Positions 36,523 to 47,014 of a DNA stretch of 64,000 nucleotides are shown one piece after another (position 1 is the stretch's first letter; each line of letters starts with the position of its first letter). Origin of the DNA: Candidatus Moraniibacteriota bacterium (lineage in GTDB: Bacteria; Patescibacteriota; Minisyncoccia; Moranbacterales; GWC2-37-73); the NCBI GenBank assembly GCA_028715015.1, contig JAQTLF010000001.1, positions 29,243-93,242 of the forward strand, written 5' to 3'. Position numbers and translations under genes: made by a program. The notes beneath the pieces were generated by a model that was given only the letters and a program-made list of their open reading frames with translations, ran no database searches and had not been told where the DNA came from.

Positions 36523-37506
36523 TTATAGTAGCTTATTCGTGATGTCATCTTCATTCAGCAAGCCTTTTTGTCCGCCATATTCCATCACACAGCTACTACT
36601 GTTGGCATTGCCCCATTTCAAGGATTCAAACAAATTTTTCCCTTTGAGGTGGGCTGCAAAAAAGCCGCTAGTGAAGGCGTCGCCAGCGCCGGTGCTGTCG
36701 ACAGCCTTGAGCATTTTGGCATCAACATGCACGACATCGATTCCATCATAGGCCCAAGAACCCCTGGCGCCATCAGTGATCACCACAATTTTCGCACCAA
36801 GATTGTGAAGTTGCTTGAGAAGAAATTCTTCTTCTTCCAGCAATTCCTGCAGAATTTCCCGTTGGAATCCATTCACAATCTCCATGGCCTCATCTTTGTT
36901 CAGAAAAAGCATCTCACATTTTGAAATCGCATAAATCACTTCTACGGGACCCGTTTTGATATTTTTTTGTCCTGGATTAAAAGCAAGACGAATTTTTTTC
37001 TCTTTAGCTATGGACAATATTTCTTTCAAATGTTTTTGCCAATCCCCATTGAGCGAGCTTATGAAGATCCATTCAGCAAAACTCAATTTTTCCGGAATTA
37101 TGGTGAGCTTGTCATTTGCTTCCCTGTCGGAAAATATCGTTCGCTCACCAGAGGATGCGTCCACAATTATCAACGAAAGGTCACTCTTGCAATTATTTTC
37201 GATTTCCAAAGCTTCCATGCCGACATTCGCATTGCTGAAAGTTTTTTTTATCCAACGTCCAAGTTCATCATCGCCGATCTTGGAATAGCAGGCTGATTGT
37301 TCGCCAAGCTTGGCCAAGCCGACAGCCACGTTGGCAGCGCAACCACCCAAGGCTTCAAATCTTTCTTTGACTTGATATTTCGCTCCCAATTCAAAAGCGA
37401 TTTTTTTTTGCGCAAGAATGTCTTCAGGAGTTTCCAAAACAATTCCTTCCTTGGTTGGAAAAAAAATATCTTTGGATGTTGATCCTATGCAAATTATTTT
37501 TACCAT
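36523..37506 (-). CDS. PfkB family carbohydrate kinase
   Basis: GGCAANVA.GLAKLG, FNPG, NKDEA, VDSTGAGDAFTSGF. Confidence 0.94.
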   Translation of the reverse strand: MVKIICIGSTSKDIFFPTKEGIVLETPEDILAQKKIAFELGAKYQVKERFEALGGCAANVAVGLAKLGEQSACYSKIGDDELGRWIKKTFSNANVGMEALEIENNCKSDLSLIIVDASSGERTIFSDREANDKLTIIPEKLSFAEWIFISSLNGDWQKHLKEILSIAKEKKIRLAFNPGQKNIKTGPVEVIYAISKCEMLFLNKDEAMEIVNGFQREILQELLEEEEFLLKQLHNLGAKIVVITDGARGSWAYDGIDVVHVDAKMLKAVDSTGAGDAFTSGFFAAHLKGKNLFESLKWGNANSSSCVMEYGGQKGLLNEDDITNKLL

Positions 37507-37512
37507 ATAAAT

Positions 37513-38808
37513 TTATTTCAGTTCTTGCTCAATTTTCATAAGTCTGTTGTATTTGCAAAGACGCTCACCACGGGAAAGCGATCCTGATTTCATAAATTCA
37601 GCTGCCGTTCCAACTGCCAAATCGGCAATGAAATCGTCAGTGGTTTCTCCTGATCGGTGCGAGATCGTTATTTTCAACTTGTTGGCTTTTGCCAAACGTA
37701 TGCACTCAAGCGTTTCTGAAAGACTTCCGATCTGATTGACCTTGATCAGCACCGCGTTGCAAGCTTTTTCCTTGATTGCTCGCTGAACCCTTTTCACATT
37801 GGTCACCAAAAGATCATCGCCGATCAATAAGTTTTCATTCAAAACATTTTTGGGGATGCCTGGCAGAATCGGTTTTTTGGCAATTTTTTCAGTCATGATG
37901 GCCCAGCCTTCCCAATCATCCTCAGTCAATCCGTCCTCAATGGACACAACGTGATATTTATCAATCCATTCTTTGTACATATTGATCAAACGTTCCCGTT
38001 CCAAAAGAACTCCTTCGGGCTTGAAAACATAGTGATTTTCTTCTTCATCATAAAAATTGCTGGCTGCCGCATCCACACCGAGATTAAGTTCGCTGCCAAG
38101 TTCATAGCCGCTTTGAGTGATTGCTTGGTTGATAAGTTCCAAAGCTTGCGTGTTGCTTTCCAATTTCGGTGAAAAACCGCCTTCATCGCCAACCCCGCTG
38201 CTGTGGTGGGCGGCTTCAAGAATTTTTTTGAGCTTATGAAAAATTTCACTACCAGCTCTCAATTGCTCGGCAAAACTTTTAATTCCTGTAGGAATTATTT
38301 TGAATTCCTGAATGCTCAAGCCACTGTCGCTGTGCATTCCTCCGTTAAGCACATTGAACATGGGCACCGGAAGTTTCGGTTTGACATTTAAATTTGAAAT
38401 TTCATTGATGTATTGATAGAGCGGGATTTTTTTAGCATTGGCCACGGCGCGACAAACAGCCAGTGAAACACCCAGAATAGCATTGGCACCCAGATGCGAT
38501 TTGTTCTCACTGCCATCAAGCTCGAGCATTGCTTCATCAATGGCCAACTGGTTACTGGCGTCCTTTCCCAAAAGCGCATCTTTGATCAGAGTGTTCACAT
38601 TTTTCACTGCATTTCTGACGCCGAGTCCGCCATAACGATTTTCGTCGCCATCCCTAAGTTCCAAGGCTTCAAAAGTTCCAGTTGAGGCTCCGGACGGAAC
38701 TGCAGCCACAGCGGAATTTCCGCCACTCAAAAAAACTTCCACTTCCACAGTAGGATTTCCTCGTGAATCCAAAATTTCCCTTGCTGCAATATCGGTTATT
38801 TTAAACAT
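37513..38808 (-). CDS. eno: Enolase
   Basis: DSRGNPTVEV, VPSGASTG, GDEGGF, IGDDLLVTN, SHRSGET. Confidence 0.99.
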   Translation of the reverse strand: MFKITDIAAREILDSRGNPTVEVEVFLSGGNSAVAAVPSGASTGTFEALELRDGDENRYGGLGVRNAVKNVNTLIKDALLGKDASNQLAIDEAMLELDGSENKSHLGANAILGVSLAVCRAVANAKKIPLYQYINEISNLNVKPKLPVPMFNVLNGGMHSDSGLSIQEFKIIPTGIKSFAEQLRAGSEIFHKLKKILEAAHHSSGVGDEGGFSPKLESNTQALELINQAITQSGYELGSELNLGVDAAASNFYDEEENHYVFKPEGVLLERERLINMYKEWIDKYHVVSIEDGLTEDDWEGWAIMTEKIAKKPILPGIPKNVLNENLLIGDDLLVTNVKRVQRAIKEKACNAVLIKVNQIGSLSETLECIRLAKANKLKITISHRSGETTDDFIADLAVGTAAEFMKSGSLSRGERLCKYNRLMKIEQELK

Positions 38809-38829
38809 ATTTTTTTTATTTTAAGCTTG

Positions 38830-39441
38830 TTATTTGAAATTTATCCAATCGAACAAATTTTGAAATGGATTGTAGAAAATCAAGGAAACCAAAAGAATCA
38901 GATAATATGCGCTCAGATATTTGAGAGTCAAAAAATATTGCCCGTGACAATCAAGCGATGTTTCAACATTTTGCAAAAAAATCTTTCTGGCTTCCAAGAA
39001 AAATTTCACATGCACGAACATTATCACCATTATCGACAATATCACCAAAGCAATGACCATGGACACTTGGCTGTTGTACAGAAAAAACGTTCCGAAAAAA
39101 AACAGTGGCAAAATCCAAAAAGTTTCCCTGTCCCAAAAATCAATATCTCTTTTGAAGTTGTTGAAACTTGAAAAATACAAAAATGGAATGAAGATAAAAT
39201 TAATCAAAAGTCCGATAAAAAAGACGGATATCGTCAGCCAATTAAGCGTTGTCCCAAAATAGTTTCCAGGCTCGACGATGTCGAAGTTATTGAACAATAT
39301 CAGTAGAATTCCCAGTAGCAGCAATGTCTGAGATGTGTAGAGTGCGATCCAGGATCGCAAATCAACCATTCTCAATTCATCCAAAATAACTTTCTTGTTG
39401 AACACAGCTGTCCCGCCTACTTTGAATTTAAGACTGCCCAT
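38830..39441 (-). CDS. Hypothetical multi-pass membrane protein
   Basis: About 5 hydrophobic segments; co-oriented between pgk and eno. Confidence 0.75.
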   Translation of the reverse strand: MGSLKFKVGGTAVFNKKVILDELRMVDLRSWIALYTSQTLLLLGILLILFNNFDIVEPGNYFGTTLNWLTISVFFIGLLINFIFIPFLYFSSFNNFKRDIDFWDRETFWILPLFFFGTFFLYNSQVSMVIALVILSIMVIMFVHVKFFLEARKIFLQNVETSLDCHGQYFLTLKYLSAYYLILLVSLIFYNPFQNLFDWINFK

Positions 39442-39531
39442 AATTTTATTTATTTTTGTATCTTATTGTAATGCATCCATGCTTATTATATCACGGCACA
39501 TGGACTTTTCAAAAAATGCCTCGATTTTGTT

Positions 39532-40581
39532 TTATTCATTCTTTTTGAGCGCCTCGATGCCAGGCATAATGTTGCCGCTCAAATATTCCAACATGGCGCC
39601 GCCGCCAGTGGAGACAAAAGATATCTTGTCCATCAATCCCCCTTCTTCCAAAACTTGCACTGATTCTCCACCACCAATCAAAGTGAAAGCATTACTGGAA
39701 ATTACGGCCTCCAAAATTTCCCGCGTTCCCCGGTCATAAGGCGTCTGCTCGAATTTTCCCATCGGACCGTTCCAAACAATCACCTTCGCTTCGGAAATTA
39801 TTTGTTTGAATTTTTCAATCGTTTTTTCCCCGATGTCCAACCGATCATCGGCAAAATCAAGAGGCAGAATGACTTTTGCTGAAAAAGTCATGCCCTGGTC
39901 ATTAGCCTCATTAGCAATCTTTCCGCCAACCAAAATGTTGGCATATTTGTTTTCAAAAACTTTTATCAACGGCAATTTGGTTTCAATTTTGGCACCTCCG
40001 ATGATGGCCACTGCCGGCTGGGAAGGTTGATTCATAACCTTGTCCAGATTTTCCATTTCTTTTTGCAGCCAAAATCCGCCAAAGCCCGGAATAAAATTGG
40101 TCACGCCTGTCACTGAAGATTGGTCGCGATGACAGACACTGAAAGCTTCATTGACAAAGACATTGAAATTTTCAGCCAACTGTTTTGCAAATGATTCGTC
40201 ATTTTTTTCTTCACCTTCATGGAAACGCACGTTTTCCAACAAAAGAATTTCCCCAGCTTTAATTTCCTCAAGCGCCTTGGCAACATTTTTCCCCACACAA
40301 TCATCCACAAAAACAATTTTTTTTGCCAAAATTGTTTCGAGCTCGTCTTTGATTTGCCTGAGTGAGAATTCCGCATTGACCTTTCCGTCAGGACGACCGA
40401 GATGCGAAATCAAAGCAATTTTTGCGCCCTCTTGTGCCGAAAGAAACTCAATGGTTTTTTTGCAGGCTTCCAGTTTGAATTTTTCCTGTATTTTTCCATC
40501 AACAATGCCCACATTGAAATCAGCCCTCACCAATATTTTTTTATTTTCAAAATTTCCATCTCGTATTTTTTTTATTTCCAT
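39532..40581 (-). CDS. pgk: Phosphoglycerate kinase (compact, 349 aa)
   Basis: VRADFNV, SHLGRP, LLENVRF, GGAKI..K, WNGPMG, STGGGA. Confidence 0.98.
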   Translation of the reverse strand: MEIKKIRDGNFENKKILVRADFNVGIVDGKIQEKFKLEACKKTIEFLSAQEGAKIALISHLGRPDGKVNAEFSLRQIKDELETILAKKIVFVDDCVGKNVAKALEEIKAGEILLLENVRFHEGEEKNDESFAKQLAENFNVFVNEAFSVCHRDQSSVTGVTNFIPGFGGFWLQKEMENLDKVMNQPSQPAVAIIGGAKIETKLPLIKVFENKYANILVGGKIANEANDQGMTFSAKVILPLDFADDRLDIGEKTIEKFKQIISEAKVIVWNGPMGKFEQTPYDRGTREILEAVISSNAFTLIGGGESVQVLEEGGLMDKISFVSTGGGAMLEYLSGNIMPGIEALKKNE

Positions 40582-40610
40582 TGTTTTATATTTGCAAAAT
40601 ATTTTTTAAT

Positions 40611-41723
40611 CTAATTTCCAAAATGTTTGCCCATGCCGAAGATGGCGATGAGCACACCTATTAGAGCTGTCATCATGGTGAAGATCCAAACACGCATGGT
40701 CACTTTCGTTTCCGGCCAACCTTTGGCTTCGAAATGATGATGGAGAGGCGCCGAAAGAAAAACTTTTTTGTGAAAAAGTTTTTTGCTGGTGAGCTGGATG
40801 ACCACACTGCCAGATTCCAGCACATACCAAAAGACAATCACAAAAAGAATCAAAACTGAATTGGTCAGCATGGCCACCACGCCCAAAGTTGTGCCCAGCG
40901 CCATAGCACCAGTGTCGCCCATAAAAAATCTGGCCGGATATATATTGAACCAAAGGAATGCCATTATGGCTCCGGCCATGGCAGCGCAAAAAGCGGAGAG
41001 ATCAACTTTGTTTTGCATGAAAGCAATGATGGAAAAAGAGAAAAAGGCCATCAAAAGGACTCCTCCATTAAGACCATCCAGTCCGTCAGTTTCATTGGAT
41101 GAGATGGCAGCAAAAAGAATCACAAAAATAAAAAGAGGAATGTACCACCAACCGATGGAAAAATCACCCACTGCCGGAATATGCAAACGATCCCAGCCAA
41201 GTTTTTCATAAAACCACCATGATCCTGCACTGGCAATAACAACCAGCCACCAAAAACGCATAGCGAAACGCATGCCTCCTCCTTTGTTTTTGCCGCAACC
41301 TTTAATGCTCATATAGTCATCAAAAAGCCCCAAAATTCCGGCAGTCACCAGCACAAAAAGAGGCAGCCATACTTGTTTGCGACTCAGAAAATCCAAACGG
41401 GCCACAAAATTGATATTAAAAAGTCCAGCAAGCAAAGGGAAAATGTAATGTGAAGCAAAAACCAAAATCAAAATCGTGACCCACACGATCACCCCTCCCA
41501 TAGTCGGAGTGCCTGATTTGTGAGCATGAAGCTGATTGACATAGCTCAATTTTTCACCATTGACATCATTGCATTTGATCTTGATGCCTATTTTGTATTT
41601 GTATAAGATGTGCGTCCAAAGAGGCGTAATGGCAAAAGCCAAAATAAAAGCGATGACGCCTGTCAGCATCACTTTCAAAACTTCGACCAGCACTGGGATT
41701 GTTTGTATTTGAGCAAATTGCAT
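40611..41723 (-). CDS. mraY: Phospho-N-acetylmuramoyl-pentapeptide transferase
   Basis: KSGTPTMGG, FDDY, NETDGLDGL, FMGDTG, APLHHHFE..GW.E. Confidence 0.97.
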   Translation of the reverse strand: MQFAQIQTIPVLVEVLKVMLTGVIAFILAFAITPLWTHILYKYKIGIKIKCNDVNGEKLSYVNQLHAHKSGTPTMGGVIVWVTILILVFASHYIFPLLAGLFNINFVARLDFLSRKQVWLPLFVLVTAGILGLFDDYMSIKGCGKNKGGGMRFAMRFWWLVVIASAGSWWFYEKLGWDRLHIPAVGDFSIGWWYIPLFIFVILFAAISSNETDGLDGLNGGVLLMAFFSFSIIAFMQNKVDLSAFCAAMAGAIMAFLWFNIYPARFFMGDTGAMALGTTLGVVAMLTNSVLILFVIVFWYVLESGSVVIQLTSKKLFHKKVFLSAPLHHHFEAKGWPETKVTMRVWIFTMMTALIGVLIAIFGMGKHFGN

Positions 41724-41752
41724 AAAAATAAATCAATTACAAGGTTATGATC

Positions 41753-42784
41753 TTATTGCCACGTGTATGAACTGAAGGCCCAATTTGCCATGGTTTTTAT
41801 GTCGGCCCATCTGGTGTTGTCATCCAAAACAACTGCGACAATGCGATGCTTCTTGGTTGGATCAGCCACCGTCATCACCAAAGAATATCCAGCCATAGGT
41901 GTGAATCCTGTTTTTGATCCGATTATGTTAGGCATCTGATCAAGCAGTTGATCCGTGTTCAAGATTGTGTGTTGCAACTTTCCATCAATCGAAGTAACGA
42001 TCGTGTTGCTTGGTTGTCTGGCAATTTTCCAAATTGTGTCATAGCGCAGTGAATAGGCGGCGATGCGCGCGATGTCATAGGCTGAAGAATAACATCCGGC
42101 TGCAGCACTTTCATCATCCAGATCGAGTCCTGAGGCTGTGCAAAAATGGGTGTCATTGAGCCCCAATTCTTTGGCTTTGGCATTCATGACATCCACGAAA
42201 GCATCCTGCGTGCCGGCAATATGTTTTCCTAAAGCGATGGCGCTGTCATTAGCACTGTTCATCAGCATGGCTTGCAACAAACTTCTGGCAGAAATTTCCT
42301 CGCCGACTTTCAGGCGCTGCGAAATGCAATAACCGCTGCGAGGACATCCTACCTTGGTGCCATCAGCATACACCGGTTCTTCATCAATCGTCACAGCCTC
42401 ATCAAGATTTGGAATTTTTTCCATCACCAAAATGGCTGTCATGAGTTTTGTGAGTGAGGCAATCTGTCTGTGGGTGCGACCCTCACTGTAGTGCAAAATT
42501 GTGCCAGTGTCAGCATCAATAATGACTGAAGCATGAGCCCCAGGCACGACAAGGTCTTTGATACCGCTCTTGCGCACCGGTTGATACTGCGGATCGTCCG
42601 TGGCCTGAGCTTTCAATGTTTCAATTTTTTTTGTTTCAACTCCAGCCACCAAACCTTGAATGCTTTTTTCATTGGAAACAACATCGGCTTGCACCTGATT
42701 GGGAGCCGCCAAATTTTCACGCAAAAACAAAAAAGAGTTCAGTGGAAAAAGCACTATCATCAAAATGGTTACCCCTATACCCAT
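41753..42784 (-). CDS. D-alanyl-D-alanine carboxypeptidase (peptidase S11)
   Basis: IASLTKLMT (SxxK), SAN, KTGFT. Confidence 0.95.
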   Translation of the reverse strand: MGIGVTILMIVLFPLNSFLFLRENLAAPNQVQADVVSNEKSIQGLVAGVETKKIETLKAQATDDPQYQPVRKSGIKDLVVPGAHASVIIDADTGTILHYSEGRTHRQIASLTKLMTAILVMEKIPNLDEAVTIDEEPVYADGTKVGCPRSGYCISQRLKVGEEISARSLLQAMLMNSANDSAIALGKHIAGTQDAFVDVMNAKAKELGLNDTHFCTASGLDLDDESAAAGCYSSAYDIARIAAYSLRYDTIWKIARQPSNTIVTSIDGKLQHTILNTDQLLDQMPNIIGSKTGFTPMAGYSLVMTVADPTKKHRIVAVVLDDNTRWADIKTMANWAFSSYTWQ

Positions 42785-43332
42785 TATTCTTGTGGAATTA
42801 TAGAATTAATTCTTTCATCTACTGACAGTATATCATATTCAGGAAGTTTTTTCACTGATTCCACTCCCAACTTTTTCAAAAAATCAAAGGAAATTACATA
42901 GACATATCCTCTGGAGTCACGCGGATTGTCCCCGCGCTCAATGAGACCACGCAAAAGCAAATTGCGCAAGGTGTAGGAACAATTGACACCGCGAATGGCT
43001 TCAATTTCTGTTTTGGAAATGGGACCACGATATGCGATGATGGAAACCACTTCCATGGCTGCAGTTGAAAGTGCGTCTTGCAACTCGTTTTTCACCAATT
43101 TTTCCACAAAATCTCCATTCTCGGCTTTGGTGACAAGCTGCAATTCATCGCCTTTCACCAGCAGACTCAGACCGCTGCCAACAAGATCGTAGCGCTGCCT
43201 CAAAGCTTCAATTGCCAGATCCAATTTTTCAACTTCAACCGCTGCCACCTTTGCCAATTTGCCGCGTTTCACTGGCTCGCCACTGACAAACAAAACACTT
43301 TCTATGATGGCCATCAATTTTTCCTGTTCCAT
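42784..43332 (-). CDS. scpB: SMC-Scp complex subunit ScpB
   Basis: IESVLFVSGEP, LS.AAMEVVSIIAYRGP, IEAIRGVN. Confidence 0.97.
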   Translation of the reverse strand: MEQEKLMAIIESVLFVSGEPVKRGKLAKVAAVEVEKLDLAIEALRQRYDLVGSGLSLLVKGDELQLVTKAENGDFVEKLVKNELQDALSTAAMEVVSIIAYRGPISKTEIEAIRGVNCSYTLRNLLLRGLIERGDNPRDSRGYVYVISFDFLKKLGVESVKKLPEYDILSVDERINSIIPQE

Positions 43333-43356
43333 ATTTCAATATTATTAATTCAAAAA

Positions 43357-44064
43357 TTATTTTTCCCTGTGTTTCAATTGGATTTCTGAAAACAGTTCGC
43401 CTTGCTCAACATGGATCATCCTTTGCTTCACCAGTTCCAGCATGGCCAAAAATGAAACCACCACTTCAACTTTGTCTTTCGCATTTGCCACCAATTCGGA
43501 AAAAGATGTTTGGATTTTTTCGCGCAATGTTTCTTGCAGATGGACAATCCTGTCTTCCAAGGTGAGAATTTCTTTAACCATATCCTCTTCCAATTTTTCC
43601 ACCACTGGAATTTCTCCCAAAACCTTATTGAAAGCTTTCAACAGATCATCGGCGGTGATGTTTTCCGGAGGATAAAAAACTGTGCCCAGTCCTGAAAAGC
43701 CTTCGCGTGAAAAACTTGTCTGGGTTGAGTCGAACAGTGAAGCCAGATTTTTGCTGGCTTCTTTGAATTTTTTGTATTCCGCCAATTGATGTTCCAGATC
43801 TTTGATTTCTTCCTCCTCTTCTTCAGTAAATTCCAGCATCGGCAAAAGAGCTTTTGATTTTATCAAAATAAGCCTGGCAGCCACCGACAAAAAATCAGCC
43901 AGGTGTGCCAAAGTTATATCCTTGGCCTGCGCTATGTATTCCAAATATTGATCCGCGATTTGTGCCAGACTCACCCTGGTGATGTCCAGCTTCTCCTGTT
44001 CAGTGAGCTGCAACAGCAAATCAAGCGGACCTTCGAATTGTTCAAGTTTTATGTGATATGCCAT
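43357..44064 (-). CDS. scpA: Kleisin ScpA
   Basis: FEGPLDLLL.L, IADQYL, LILIKSKALLP, VVSFLAMLELVK. Confidence 0.97.
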   Translation of the reverse strand: MAYHIKLEQFEGPLDLLLQLTEQEKLDITRVSLAQIADQYLEYIAQAKDITLAHLADFLSVAARLILIKSKALLPMLEFTEEEEEEIKDLEHQLAEYKKFKEASKNLASLFDSTQTSFSREGFSGLGTVFYPPENITADDLLKAFNKVLGEIPVVEKLEEDMVKEILTLEDRIVHLQETLREKIQTSFSELVANAKDKVEVVVSFLAMLELVKQRMIHVEQGELFSEIQLKHREK

Positions 44065-44078
44065 AAATATTTCAATAA

Positions 44079-45299
44079 TCAATCAGCCAGCTCATATTCC
44101 AAATCAAGTTCAGCTTCACTTTTGTTGTCAACCAATCTTATTGCAGGATAAAGTCCGATCAAAACCAAGCCAGCCACCAACAAAAATATGTACTTCATCG
44201 GAGCGATGATGAGCAGCATCGCTGAAACTCCAGTGGCCACCATATAGGCAACCGCTCTGGTGGTGCGAAAAAAACTTATAAGATCGACATCGCGTCCATC
44301 GATTTTTTTGTAAAAATATGAATCTCTCAGTGTTTCGACCGTAGCAGCCCCGATGCGTGTGGACAAAAGCACCAATGACCAAACAACGATTGAAACGGAA
44401 TGGATGAAAAAAATGGAAGCGGATGATACGCCCATCAAGAGCAAGCCCATGATGATCATTTCCTTTTCCCCGAATTTTTTGTCAGCCAAAAACCCTATCG
44501 GATATTCCAAAACGACAAACGGAATCAGCATCACCGTGAAAACGACACCGATTTGTTGCCATGAAAGTCCCAGATCAAGCAGGTACAAAGGCGTGTAGAC
44601 AATCATCAAGGCATAGAAAGCTTCCAATGCGAGTGAAATCACATAGATGTTCAGCACATCTTTGTTGGTCAGAATTTTCAAACCGACATCTTTGATGGTG
44701 AGCTGACCGCGAAATTTTCCACTGACATCACTGAGTCCGATCAAACCGATCACAAACATGACAACATTGAGCACCAATGTTGCAACAAACAGACCATCAA
44801 AACCGAAGTCGGAAAGAATTTTTGTCGAAAGAAACGGCCCCAGCAAAACTCCCGCACTCAAAATCATCAAATGAAATCCGCGTATTCTGCCGGATTTTTT
44901 ATCCTCTGAATATTCCTCAATGATGACATCCAGAATGACCCAGACGAAATAGTTGGCGACGATGTAGAGCATCAAAAAAATTATGCCCAAAAGCGACGGC
45001 TTGATGAAAATCAAACCGACCAAAAAACATATCTGCGCGAAAAAAAACAAGAAAAATGACATGGCCTTGCCTATTTTTTTGACAACCTTGTGCATGTTAA
45101 GCAAACCGATCAAAGCAATCACATAAGTTATGAAATAGAAGGAGCTGACATTTTCATTGCCAAGAGCATTTCGGAAATAATCCGAAGTGACATAGAGCAG
45201 CAATGCTTGCGCAAATCCGAACAAAAAAGAAATCAGACCCAAAAGTTCCAATTTCTTTTTCCCGTTTTTCTTGCTTTTTACTTGTTTTTTGTTGGCCAT
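44079..45299 (-). CDS. MFS transporter
   Basis: About 12 TM helices; G.LADK.FGEK motif. Confidence 0.9.
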   Translation of the reverse strand: MANKKQVKSKKNGKKKLELLGLISFLFGFAQALLLYVTSDYFRNALGNENVSSFYFITYVIALIGLLNMHKVVKKIGKAMSFFLFFFAQICFLVGLIFIKPSLLGIIFLMLYIVANYFVWVILDVIIEEYSEDKKSGRIRGFHLMILSAGVLLGPFLSTKILSDFGFDGLFVATLVLNVVMFVIGLIGLSDVSGKFRGQLTIKDVGLKILTNKDVLNIYVISLALEAFYALMIVYTPLYLLDLGLSWQQIGVVFTVMLIPFVVLEYPIGFLADKKFGEKEMIIMGLLLMGVSSASIFFIHSVSIVVWSLVLLSTRIGAATVETLRDSYFYKKIDGRDVDLISFFRTTRAVAYMVATGVSAMLLIIAPMKYIFLLVAGLVLIGLYPAIRLVDNKSEAELDLEYELAD

Positions 45300-45323
45300 T
45301 TTTTTATTTTTATTCACCAATAA

Positions 45324-45516
45324 TGAGGTCATGCACAATATATGGTTTCAAATATTAACTTTTGTTTTTTGCTTTGCCTGTTTTCTTTTGAGGCCATCCG
45401 CAGCGAGAGCAAGGACGAGCGAGCAATCATAGTTCTTCGATTGCGAAGCGTGCCGAAAAAGGAAATAGGCAAAGCAAAAAAAGTCAGAGAAAACTATATA
45501 TTGCGCATTAACCCAA
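45324..45516 (+). mobile_element. ~190-bp MITE-like element, copy 1
   Basis: Reverse complement of 59959-60150; imperfect terminal inverted repeats; long internal stem. Confidence 0.75.
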
Positions 45517-45534
45517 TAATGCTGTTTTATAAGT

Positions 45535-45577
45535 TGTCACTGAAGAATCAAATCTGAGAAATGATTCTTCAGTGACA
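45535..45577. repeat. Perfect 15-bp palindrome after aspS
   Basis: TGTCACTGAAGAATC...GATTCTTCAGTGACA. Confidence 0.75.
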
Positions 45578-45583
45578 CAAGTT

Positions 45584-46999
45584 CTAGACGATCTTCTTTT
45601 TCTTGGTGACAATTTTGATGCCAGCTTCAACAAGTTGCTTTTCATCCAGAACGCTTGGCGCTTCCATCATCGGATCTTCCGCTTCCCCGGTCTTGGCAAA
45701 AGCGATGACTTCACGGATGTTCGGTTCATTTTGCAAAATCATCACCAAGCGGTCGATTCCTGGTGCAATTCCTCCGTGCGGTGGAGCGCCATATTTGAAA
45801 GATTCAAGCATGTGTCCATAGTCACGTTGCACATTTTCTTCGGAAATTCCCATGATTTCCAAAACCTTGCGCAAAGCTTTGGGCTCATGATTCCTGATGC
45901 TTCCTCCGCCTGCTTCATATCCATTGAGCACGATGTCATATTGGGTCGTCAAAATGTCAGCGATGTTTTCCTTGTTCATAAGTTGCTCCATGAATTCAGG
46001 CTTCGGACGTGAAAACGGATTGTGTGTGAATGTCCAACCAGTCGATGATTCCTCATCTTTTTCAAAAAATGGAAAATCAACCACCCAACAGAATGCCAAA
46101 AGATTCGGATCATTCTTGTCTTCCCTGATGTCAGGTTTGTCATTGCCATATTTTTCCATCGATTCTTTATATGACAAACGCGGGAATGGTATTTCCTGGA
46201 TTCTTTTTTCCGGAAATTGTGTCTGCACCAGTTTGATCAACATTTCTTCCACCACATTCATCACGTCTTCCTGCTCCACAAAACTCATCTCCATATCCAA
46301 TTGAGTGAACTCCGGTTGACGATCACCGCGAGTGTCTTCGTCTCTGAAACATCTGGCGATTTGAAAATATTTTTCAATTCCAGCCACCATCAGCAACTGT
46401 TTGTATTGTTGAGGAGATTGTGGCAAAGCATAGAATTTTCCTTTGTAAATTCGTGATGGCACAACATAATCCCTTGATCCCTCGGCCGTGGTCTTTCCTA
46501 AAATCGGAGTTTCAACTTCGATGAAACCTTGTTCTCCCAAGAAATCCCTGAAGAATTTGACCACTTTGTATCTGGTCAAAATGTTGTTTTTCATTCTCTC
46601 CGATCTGAGATCAAGATAACGATATTTCAAGCGCAATTTTTCATCAACTTCCTTGGTGTCTTTGGTTATTTCAAACGGTGTGGTTTTGGCTTCATTCAAA
46701 ATTTCTATGGAAGTAACTTCCAATTCGACTCCGCCTGTGGGAGATTTTTCATTCTTGGCGCTCATCGGACGCTCCTTCACGATTCCCTCCATTTCAATCA
46801 CAAACTCGTTTCTGAGTCTTTTGGCGTTGTCATGAGCTTCAACATGATCGGGAATAATGACAGTCTGGATGATTCCGCTGCGATCACGCAAATCAACAAA
46901 AATCAATTTTCCATGATCTCTGCGGATGTGGACCCAACCGGCCAATTTGACGGTCTTTCCAATAAACTTAGGTGTGTCGATAATGTTTGTTCGTTGCAT
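45584..46999 (-). CDS. aspS: Aspartate-tRNA ligase lacking the GAD insertion domain
   Basis: RDHGKLIFVDLRD, LPQSPQQYKQ, CFRDED.RGDRQPEFTQLD, PPHGGIAPGIDR; 471 aa. Confidence 0.97.
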   Translation of the reverse strand: MQRTNIIDTPKFIGKTVKLAGWVHIRRDHGKLIFVDLRDRSGIIQTVIIPDHVEAHDNAKRLRNEFVIEMEGIVKERPMSAKNEKSPTGGVELEVTSIEILNEAKTTPFEITKDTKEVDEKLRLKYRYLDLRSERMKNNILTRYKVVKFFRDFLGEQGFIEVETPILGKTTAEGSRDYVVPSRIYKGKFYALPQSPQQYKQLLMVAGIEKYFQIARCFRDEDTRGDRQPEFTQLDMEMSFVEQEDVMNVVEEMLIKLVQTQFPEKRIQEIPFPRLSYKESMEKYGNDKPDIREDKNDPNLLAFCWVVDFPFFEKDEESSTGWTFTHNPFSRPKPEFMEQLMNKENIADILTTQYDIVLNGYEAGGGSIRNHEPKALRKVLEIMGISEENVQRDYGHMLESFKYGAPPHGGIAPGIDRLVMILQNEPNIREVIAFAKTGEAEDPMMEAPSVLDEKQLVEAGIKIVTKKKKIV

Positions 47000-47014
47000 A
47001 TGTTTAAACTTAGA